The translations under genes were made by a program, and so were the position numbers. Of a DNA stretch of 21,717 bases, positions 15,375 to 21,717 are shown piece by piece (within the stretch, counting starts at the first letter, position 1; every line of letters starts with the position of its first letter). The notes beneath the pieces were generated by a model. That model ran no database searches, had not been told where the DNA came from, and saw only the letters and a program-made list of their open reading frames with translations. The stretch is from an uncultured Myxococcales bacterium (GTDB taxonomy: Bacteria > Myxococcota_A > Polyangia > Palsa-1104 > JAEUJZ01), in assembly GCA_937868485.1 (NCBI GenBank), contig CALMML010000123.1:1-21717 (forward strand), read 5' to 3'.

Positions 15375-16265
15375 ATGAAGCGCACGCCGTTTGTGATGAA
15401 GACCGTCTTGGCCGCACTCTTTTTGACCGCAGCGACGGAAGCAGAGTCCTTCGCACTGCCGGTTGGGACTCCTGAAGAAGCGCAGCAGGCGGCTTCCCAA
15501 AGTCCAACGTGGGATGAACTGGATGCCGCAGGCGTAGACTTTACCTCGATCGTTGCGCTGTCGAACTGCTCTGGTTCGCTGGTTCGTTTTTCGACATCGA
15601 AGACCGATGACTACGCGATGGTGCTGACGAACGGTCACTGCTTGAGCGGCTTTGTTCCTGCGGGGACTGCGATTGTGGATCAGTCTTCCTCTCGTACGTT
15701 TACGCTGCTGGATGCGAGCGCGCGATCGCTTGGAACCCTGCGCGCGCAGCGAATGCTGTATGCCACGATGACGGGATCGGACTTTGCGATCTATCGACTG
15801 ACACAGACGTACGCGCAGCTTGCTTCGCGCTATCGCGTCGCTCCGCTTGTGATCTCGTCGAGTCGTCCAACGGAAGGAACTGCGATTCGGATCGCATCGG
15901 GATTCTGGAAAAAGATCTATTCCTGCTCGATCGATCGCTTCGTTCCAGAGCTACGGGAAGGAACCTGGACGTTCCGTGACTCGATACGCTTTACCCAGCC
16001 TGGCTGCGAGACGATCGGCGGAACTTCTGGATCTCCGATCATCGACTTTGAGTCGCGCGCAGTGATCGGAATCAACAACACCGGCAACGAAACCGGCGCA
16101 TCCTGCACGATGAACAACCCGTGCGAGGTCGATTCCGCAGGACGAATCTCCGCCACCAAAGGCGCCGCGTACGGTCAGCAGCTCTATCAGATCTATGCGT
16201 GCCTCGATGCCAGCAACAACATCGATCTCACCCGCACGGGCTGCACGCTGCAAAAGCCGAAGTAG
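15375..16265 (+). CDS. Secreted trypsin-like (S1 family) serine protease, 296 aa with signal peptide.
   Basis: Signal peptide MKRTPFVMKTVLAALFLTAATEA. Catalytic triad context LTNGHC (His), DFAIYRL (Asp) and GTSGSPII (Ser). The start has been re-set to ATG 15375 with the SD AAGGAGA; the track ORF began 30 codons upstream. Confidence 0.7.
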   Translation: MKRTPFVMKTVLAALFLTAATEAESFALPVGTPEEAQQAASQSPTWDELDAAGVDFTSIVALSNCSGSLVRFSTSKTDDYAMVLTNGHCLSGFVPAGTAIVDQSSSRTFTLLDASARSLGTLRAQRMLYATMTGSDFAIYRLTQTYAQLASRYRVAPLVISSSRPTEGTAIRIASGFWKKIYSCSIDRFVPELREGTWTFRDSIRFTQPGCETIGGTSGSPIIDFESRAVIGINNTGNETGASCTMNNPCEVDSAGRISATKGAAYGQQLYQIYACLDASNNIDLTRTGCTLQKPK

Positions 16266-16846
16266 TCGCAGCGGCAAGACCCAAGTACTTACTGCAGCTG
16301 TCTGTTCCGATCGGCGCGCTCCGCTTTTCAGGAAACGGCAAGTATCTGCTGGTTGTTTCGGACATCGCCCGTGTGGTGAAGATCCTGACCGCAGACACGG
16401 GTGCAGCAGTTCGGAGCATCGTACCAAAGACTGGTGATGCGTGTGCGAGTCGCTCGGTCCCTGCGCTGTCCGCTGCACTTTCGGAGGATGGAAAGACGCT
16501 GTGGACTGCGCTGCATGAAGTCCGGCAGTGGGAGCTTCGAACCGATCGATCCGCCTCGTTTGGTGCGGATGTGTTCGAGTCGTTCTTTCCTCTTGTGGAT
16601 GAGCCAATAGACAATCGGATAAGTGATCCAGCGAGCCTGATGGATAGGCCGATTGAACGTGCTCCCACGCCGATTGTGGCGCAATCGCGGCAGCCATCCC
16701 TTCTTTCTCCCAATCCTGTGCGTCTGTATTCACTGGCTTGTACGCTACTTCGCGATGTTGCATCTAAGTCAGTTGACGGAAATCTAACTGTGTCATGGGT
16801 ATCCGCGGATGAGCTGCGCGAAGCCTTGTCCGCGTGTCCCAGGTGA
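16266..16846 (+). pseudogene. Degenerate remnant of a WD40-repeat gene (two recognisable blades). It has no start codon and relaxed codon usage.
   Basis: The in-frame translation after the protease stop reads GKYLLVVSDIARVVKILTADTGAAVRSI and LSEDGKTLWTALHEVRQWELRT, resembling WD40 repeats (GxxLxSxSxDxTxKLWDxxTG). There is no ATG/SD at the beginning. Third-position GC is noticeably lower than in neighbouring genes. Confidence 0.3.
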
Positions 16847-17020
16847 GCGAACGGCTCAGTCCAAAGCGCGCTCGAACAGCGGATTTCTCGACGACAATGT
16901 GATCGGGACAGATATGATGCATCCAGCGTGCGTCATTTTGATCGCGCTGGCACGCCATGATCTTTTTCACAAATCACGAATTGATGACATCACAGCGATT
17001 CATCGCGGTATGTTGAACGC

Positions 17021-18178
17021 ATGGAAGATGCCCTTTCAGCCTTGAAAACGGAATTCCGCAACCGAGGCTGGAACCAACGCCCGGTTGGACCTGTTGTCTT
17101 TGAGCTCGCGATTCATGTCAGCTTGGCGCTGTCAGGGATTGCGATCTTTGTGCTGTGCGAGCCGTGGTGGCTGCGTGCGCTTGGCATGCTGATTTCGACG
17201 TACGGATCCGTCGGAGTCGGCACCAACACGCACACTGCAACGCACTACGCAGCGAGCCGCCATCGCTGGGTCAATGAAGTGCTGACGCACTTCGGCTACC
17301 CGTTTTTCTTGATGCTCGGTGCAACATTTTGGCGACATCGTCACATCACGCTGCACCACGCAAATCCCAACGTGATGGGGATCGATCAAGATGCGGACTT
17401 CACTCCGTTCTTTGCGAGCACGGAGCTGGAAGTCGCACGAGGAGCCGGTCTGTTTCGTCGCCATCAGCGCTATGTGTTTCCGTGCATCGCGTGGCTGAAC
17501 AGCTATCTGCGCCAGGTGGGAAGCTGGCGTCATCTGTTTCGGATCCTGCCCGACAAACAGAGACGGAAGACCGCACACTTTGTCGATGCCGCCGTGATGC
17601 TGCTGCACATCGTGGTGTGGTTTGTGATTCCTTCTCTGTACTTTCCGGTGCTTAGCGTGATCGGCTTCAACCTGCTGCGGATCGGACTGCTCGGCTATCC
17701 GCTGTACTTTGTGCTGGCCCCTGGTCACTATCCCGAAGAGGCGCTCTGTGTGGCGAAGGGAGACTGGAAAAAGGACTTCGTTCTGCAGCAGACAGCGACG
17801 ACGATCAACTACCGAACCGGGTTCTTTGGCGCGCTGATGTGCTCTGGTCTTCAGTACCAGATCGAGCATCACCTGTTCCCGGGTTACAGCCACATCTACT
17901 ACGCGAAGATGGCTCCGCTTGTGGAAGCGTACTGCATTCAGCATGGCTATCCCTATCGGATGTATGGCTGGACAGAGTCTGTCCTCAAGACGTTCGAGAT
18001 CTTTTCCAAGCCCAAGCATGTCTATGCCGATGTCGAGGAGCTGCGCGAAGCGGTTCGCCAAGAGCTTGCGCAGAAAGCACTGCCGAGTCGTCTGCCGCGC
18101 GAGCACAAGGTCGCAGTGTCCGCACTGGCGGATGGTCCCGCGCTGGCCGGACTGGGCGAAGAGTCTCAGTCCGTTTAG
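17021..18178 (+). CDS. Front-end-type membrane fatty-acid (acyl-lipid) desaturase, 385 aa, without a cytochrome b5 fusion.
   Basis: Three His boxes: HTATHY (HxxxH), HRHITLHH (HxxxxxHH) and the QIEHHLFP box diagnostic of front-end (delta4/5/6-type) desaturases. There are multiple TM helices. No HPGG cytochrome b5 motif is present. Confidence 0.75.
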   Translation: MEDALSALKTEFRNRGWNQRPVGPVVFELAIHVSLALSGIAIFVLCEPWWLRALGMLISTYGSVGVGTNTHTATHYAASRHRWVNEVLTHFGYPFFLMLGATFWRHRHITLHHANPNVMGIDQDADFTPFFASTELEVARGAGLFRRHQRYVFPCIAWLNSYLRQVGSWRHLFRILPDKQRRKTAHFVDAAVMLLHIVVWFVIPSLYFPVLSVIGFNLLRIGLLGYPLYFVLAPGHYPEEALCVAKGDWKKDFVLQQTATTINYRTGFFGALMCSGLQYQIEHHLFPGYSHIYYAKMAPLVEAYCIQHGYPYRMYGWTESVLKTFEIFSKPKHVYADVEELREAVRQELAQKALPSRLPREHKVAVSALADGPALAGLGEESQSV

Positions 18179-18353
18179 CGGCACAGCGGAGCACAGACTC
18201 CGCGTGCGACTTCGGCGTATCCCGTCCTTGTCCGTTCCTTCCCCCCAAAATAAGTACGTTTGACCAGCGATTCTGCGGCTGCCCGTTGACGAAGCGGAGC
18301 TTCTAGGGCAACCTGCGCGGCCACACAAACCTGCTTACTTACAGGAGATTCCT

Positions 18354-18779
18354 ATGGCTGACGAGACGACGCTGCTTCTTCTCAAACCGGACTGCATCAG
18401 CAAGAACCTCGCGGGTGAGGTCATCCGCCGTCTGCAAGCGCAAGGCTTCCGCCTGCGTGGCTGCAAGATGATTCAGCTCACCGACGACGTGCTCAAGGAA
18501 CACTACGCGCACATCGCCAGCAAGCCGTTCTTCCCGGAAGTGGCGGGCTTTATGAAGAGCAAGCCGGTGATTGCGCTCGCGGTGGCCGGTGACAACGTGA
18601 TCTCGCAGGTTCGTGATCTGCTGGGCCCGACGGACAGCAAGGCCGCTGCCAAAGGCACGATCCGTGGCGACTTCGGTGAAGACAAGATGGTGAACATGGT
18701 TCACGCGTCCGATTCTCCCGAGGCGGCTGCCGTCGAGCTTACCCGCTTCTTCAAAGCCGGCGAGCTGTTCGCGCTGTAG
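18354..18779 (+). CDS. ndk: Nucleoside diphosphate kinase, 141 aa.
   Basis: LLLKPDC, GFRL, HYAHIASKPFFPEV, GTIRGDFG and the active-site context NMVHASDS. The SD ACAGGAGA lies upstream of the ATG. Confidence 0.85.
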   Translation: MADETTLLLLKPDCISKNLAGEVIRRLQAQGFRLRGCKMIQLTDDVLKEHYAHIASKPFFPEVAGFMKSKPVIALAVAGDNVISQVRDLLGPTDSKAAAKGTIRGDFGEDKMVNMVHASDSPEAAAVELTRFFKAGELFAL

Positions 18780-18788
18780 TCCGCCCGT

Positions 18789-18807
18789 CGCCCCACTTCC
18801 TGGGGCG
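18789..18807 (+). terminator. Candidate intrinsic terminator downstream of ndk: CGCCCCA-CTTCC-TGGGGCG hairpin followed by GCTGCTTTCCTTTC.
   Basis: A 7-bp GC-rich stem and 5-nt loop were seen 10 nt after the stop. The downstream tract is T/C-rich but not a clean poly-U. Confidence 0.3.
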
Positions 18808-19079
18808 GCTGCTTTCCTTTCATCCGTTCCTGCTCTCGTTCCTTCCTTTTCTGCGTTCTTTCCTTCGCGCTGTACCTTCCGAACGGAACCGATGCTCGCG
18901 GGTCGATCCATCGACTGCGCCACACGGCGGCTGATTTTGCCCTTGCGTAGCGAGTCTGTTTCGGATAGACGGTATCCACATAAACACCGGTTATCGAGGT
19001 GCGCAGTCGTCCATTTTGATTCGAGTGCTACTGCGTTCGATCCATGTGACAAGCTGGATCCTATCATTTGCTTAGATTC

Positions 19080-19093
19080 TGCATAAATATGCA
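19080..19093. promoter_or_regulatory. Operator-like palindrome TGCATA-AA-TATGCA in a ~300-nt AT-rich island upstream of the reductase/sulfotransferase gene pair.
   Basis: Perfect 6-bp arms were seen directly, ~175 nt upstream of ATG 19268. The surrounding 18960-19260 is markedly AT-rich relative to the window. Confidence 0.25.
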
Positions 19094-19267
19094 ATGAAGC
19101 TGCTTTTGTCGCGCAATGTTCGCCAGGCTGAATCAGCAAAATTTTTCGATACAGGTGATAAATAAATACAGAATTGGCCTTGGTTTTCGCTCTCTGTGTG
19201 GATAAAGTTTTGATGTCGTGTTGAACACCACAGCGAACCACTTGCTTATCGGATCAAGGATCTGGCA

Positions 19268-20404
19268 ATGACATCGACCCATCTGGTGACTGGCGCAACA
19301 GGTTTTGTGGGCTCTGCTCTTGTGCTGGAGCTGCTTTCGCGGACAAAGGATCAGATCGTCTGCATCGTGCGACCCGGTCAAGTGGATGCAGCGACGCGCC
19401 TACAAAGCGCACTGCTGTCTGCCGCTGAGAGCTACGGTCTGCTGGAACGCCTGCGACGAGACATCTTTGAGCGCTGTCGTGCCGTCGCTGGTGATGTCGA
19501 GCAGCCCGATTGTGGCGTCGCGTCCCCGGAGCAGCTGACCTGCGATCAATTTTGGCATAGCGCCGCTTCGCTTCGCTTTGAAGATCGCTATGCGGCAGAG
19601 ATTACGCGGGTCAATGTACAAGGAACTGCGCATGCACTCGATCTGGCTGCCAAGGTGGGTGCTTCACAGTTTCATTACATTAGCACTGCGTATGTTGCTG
19701 GCTCGGACGAAGGACCGATCTTAGAGCAGAAGTCGAGCAGCGTACGGCGAAATAACTATTATGAAATAAGCAAAGCGCAAGCGGAAGAACTGGTGGAAGC
19801 TGATACGCGCTTTGGACGACGCATCTTTCGACCGAGCATTGTGATCGGTCACAGCCGTACGCTGGGCGCAACCAACTTCACAGGAATGTACGGATTTTTG
19901 CGTAAGCTGGAAGTCTTTCATGGACTGATGCAGCGTACGCAAGCCGGACTGATGCAGCGAAAGGCCCTGCGACTGCGGCTGGATGTCGGAGCGCAGCTTG
20001 ATCTGGTTCCGATTGATCGCGTGGTCGAAAACGCGGTCACGATTGCGCTGTCGGGTCGCTTGTCCGCAGGTGAGCTGGCCTACTTTCACCTGACCAACCC
20101 GCATGCACCGATCATGGAACAAGTGATCGCGACGATGTTTGATGTGGTGGGTCTGGCGGCTCCCGTGTTTGCGAGCGACAAGAGCGAGTTTGACTGGATC
20201 GACGACAAGTTCAACGAGCGCATCGACTTCTATCGATCCTATCTGATCGGACACAAGGTCTTCGATCGCTCCCAGGTGGCGCGCATCGTCGGGGATGAGC
20301 CGCGCAAGCCCTACGAGCTGCCGAATCACATCGTCGAACAGCACTGTCGCTGGTATCTGGATCGACTGAAACAGGAGCGCGCCGGACTTCCTGCTACGCG
20401 CTGA
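19268..20404 (+). CDS. Stand-alone thioester-reductase domain protein (NAD_binding_4 / fatty acyl-CoA-ACP reductase-like SDR), 378 aa.
   Basis: N-terminal Rossmann VTGATGFVGSALV. The motifs ...FHYISTAYVAG... and YYEISKAQAE (YxxxK) are typical of terminal reductase / male-sterility FAR domains. Confidence 0.7.
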   Translation: MTSTHLVTGATGFVGSALVLELLSRTKDQIVCIVRPGQVDAATRLQSALLSAAESYGLLERLRRDIFERCRAVAGDVEQPDCGVASPEQLTCDQFWHSAASLRFEDRYAAEITRVNVQGTAHALDLAAKVGASQFHYISTAYVAGSDEGPILEQKSSSVRRNNYYEISKAQAEELVEADTRFGRRIFRPSIVIGHSRTLGATNFTGMYGFLRKLEVFHGLMQRTQAGLMQRKALRLRLDVGAQLDLVPIDRVVENAVTIALSGRLSAGELAYFHLTNPHAPIMEQVIATMFDVVGLAAPVFASDKSEFDWIDDKFNERIDFYRSYLIGHKVFDRSQVARIVGDEPRKPYELPNHIVEQHCRWYLDRLKQERAGLPATR

Positions 20405-20483
20405 GGCATTGCGGCGCAGACTCATCCCAGACACCTCTTTGTTGCTTCGCGACAATGCGTACAGACTCTTGTAGGAATCTGCC

Positions 20484-21551
20484 ATGATCGATCAAGTCTT
20501 CGTTGTCGGAACAGGACGCTGCGGCTCGACGCTGATATCGAACATCCTGCGCCTTCATCCGCGCATCGCGAGCATCTCTGAGTTCTTTTCCTTCATCACC
20601 GATCTGGGCTGTCAGGTGTCTACCGCGTTTCCTTCCCATGAAGTGGACGGAGTGTGGCTGTGGCGGCTGATCTCGACGGCGTGGCCGCGTCAGAACCTGA
20701 TGATTCGCCACGATGTGGCGATGGATGAAGTGCTGTATCCGTTTCAAGGTGGTGGCGCGCATCGCTTTGATCGCAACAGTGGAGTTCCTGCGATCTCTCA
20801 GGTGACGCTGCCGCATCTTTCGGGCGAGCCGGACGCGCTGCTCGATGAGCTGGAGCCGCTGGTCTGTGCGCTTCCCAACGGAACGCCAGGCACGCTGTTT
20901 GCGCAGCTCTTTGAGCTGCTCGCCGTCCGTCAAGGCAGTGATGTCTGGGTTGAGCGCTCAGGAGGAAGTCTGCGCATCGCACATCGGCTGATCGAACACT
21001 TTCCGCGCGCGCGCTTCGTTCACATTGTTCGCGATGGTCGTGATGTCGCGCTGTCGATGAGCAAGCATCACGGCTTCAAGATGGTCCTGATCTGCTTTCA
21101 GCTACTGGAAACGCTGGGAGTCGATCCCTTTGTGTCGATGGAGCGTCGCTGGGAAGAAGACATGTCGGATGACCTGGCGTCGCTTCTTCCAGAGACCTTT
21201 TCCCGCGAGGCGTTCTTGGATTTTTCGACGCCGCCGCCGCTGTGTGGTCACTACTGGTCGGGAGAGATTCTGGAAGGTCTGAGCACGCTCGATTCCCTTC
21301 CGAAAGACAGGCTGCTGACGCTGCGCTATGAAGACTTTCTGACCGATCCCGCGCAGACCATCTCTCGGCTGATTCGCTACATCCTTCCCGCAGATCCTGG
21401 CGATGAAGCTGCGTTTGTGCGTCGCGCATCCAGCCTGTTGCGTGCTCCGTCTACGCGCTGGATTCACAGTGAAGAAAAGGCTCGTCTTCAGCTCGAAGAT
21501 GCTTGTCAGCCTGGGTTTTCATCACTGTCTGCACGCGGTCTACAGTGGTAG
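20484..21551 (+). CDS. PAPS-dependent sulfotransferase family protein, 355 aa.
   Basis: The 5'-PSB-like P-loop VVGTGRCGSTL at the N-terminus and the 3'-PB-like FVHIVRDGRDVALSM motif. The gene is 79 nt downstream of the reductase gene on the same strand, so the two are probably co-transcribed. Confidence 0.7.
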   Translation: MIDQVFVVGTGRCGSTLISNILRLHPRIASISEFFSFITDLGCQVSTAFPSHEVDGVWLWRLISTAWPRQNLMIRHDVAMDEVLYPFQGGGAHRFDRNSGVPAISQVTLPHLSGEPDALLDELEPLVCALPNGTPGTLFAQLFELLAVRQGSDVWVERSGGSLRIAHRLIEHFPRARFVHIVRDGRDVALSMSKHHGFKMVLICFQLLETLGVDPFVSMERRWEEDMSDDLASLLPETFSREAFLDFSTPPPLCGHYWSGEILEGLSTLDSLPKDRLLTLRYEDFLTDPAQTISRLIRYILPADPGDEAAFVRRASSLLRAPSTRWIHSEEKARLQLEDACQPGFSSLSARGLQW

Positions 21552-21597
21552 CTGCGACGGCACGCAGACGCGATTCCGCGTCATCGGACAGCAGATG

Positions 21598-21696
21598 GGA
21601 ATCGGTTCGGAATCGAGTAGGAATCGGTTAGGAATTGATCAGGAATTGATCAGGAATCGAGTAGGAATCGAATAGGAATCGGTGAGGAATCGCGCG
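21598..21696. repeat. Nine tandem copies of an 11-bp unit GGAAT(C/T)G(A/G)nnn (consensus GGAATCGAGTA), with an inverted copy CGATTCC at 21571-21577.
   Basis: Units counted directly: ggaatcggttc, ggaatcgagta, ggaatcggtta, ggaattgatca, ggaattgatca, ggaatcgagta, ggaatcgaata, ggaatcggtga, ggaatcgcgcg. The array starts 47 nt after the sulfotransferase stop codon. Confidence 0.8.
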
Positions 21697-21717
21697 CGAA
21701 GGACTACGCGAGCTTGT

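Noticed and set aside
15951-16763. 270-aa minus-strand ORF overlapping the protease gene and the WD40 remnant
   Set aside because: There is no recognisable domain, His/Arg/Gln-rich composition and no SD. It overlaps a gene with a clear catalytic triad and signal peptide.
17132-20933. Long minus-strand ORFs (398, 300, 254, 179 aa) opposite the desaturase, ndk, reductase and sulfotransferase genes
   Set aside because: They are antisense to genes with unambiguous family motifs (His boxes, NDK active site, Rossmann/YxxxK, PAPS motifs). They carry Arg/His-rich composition and no start context.
21598-21696. The tandem array as a CRISPR locus
   Set aside because: Units are 11 bp with no unique spacers between them. 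CRISPR repeats are 21-48 bp and separated by spacers of similar length. No cas genes are nearby.

Overview
This is a high-GC (~65%) bacterial chromosomal segment. Several hallmarks point to a Myxococcota-like organism: Cys-rich VWA lipoproteins, a WD40 remnant, a membrane class III cyclase, and GGAGG ribosome-binding sites. I support 13 protein-coding genes, one probable gene remnant and several non-coding elements.

The minus strand carries, in order of decreasing coordinate:
- a recently duplicated tandem pair of Cys-rich von Willebrand-A (MIDAS) lipoproteins;
- a 968-aa homolog of the eukaryotic major vault protein (MVP), the most striking call in the window;
- a 6-TM class III nucleotidyl cyclase;
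- a BNR/Asp-box (GH74-like) lipoprotein;
- a membrane-anchored spermidine-synthase-like protein;
- a further polytopic membrane protein that runs off the 5' edge and is absent from the ORF track.

The plus strand carries:
- a 4-EF-hand calmodulin-like protein, convergent with the MVP gene (stop codons 3 bp apart) and divergent from the cyclase;
- a DUF1003 membrane protein;
- a secreted S1 (trypsin-like) protease;
- a degenerate WD40 fragment;
- a cytochrome-b5-less front-end (QIEHH) fatty-acid desaturase;
- nucleoside diphosphate kinase;
- a stand-alone thioester-reductase (fatty-acyl reductase-like) protein, followed directly by a PAPS-type sulfotransferase. These two, together with the desaturase, form a candidate sulfated-lipid module.

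Non-coding signals include two long AT-rich intergenic islands (about 780 and 490 nt) with operator-like palindromes, candidate terminator hairpins, and a 9x tandem 11-bp repeat array (GGAATCGnnnn) with an inverted copy at the 3' end. Many long ORFs in the supplied track are antisense shadows or N-terminally over-extended by TTG/GTG pseudo-starts. I re-set starts where an ATG with an SD and a signal-peptide or homology boundary supports it.
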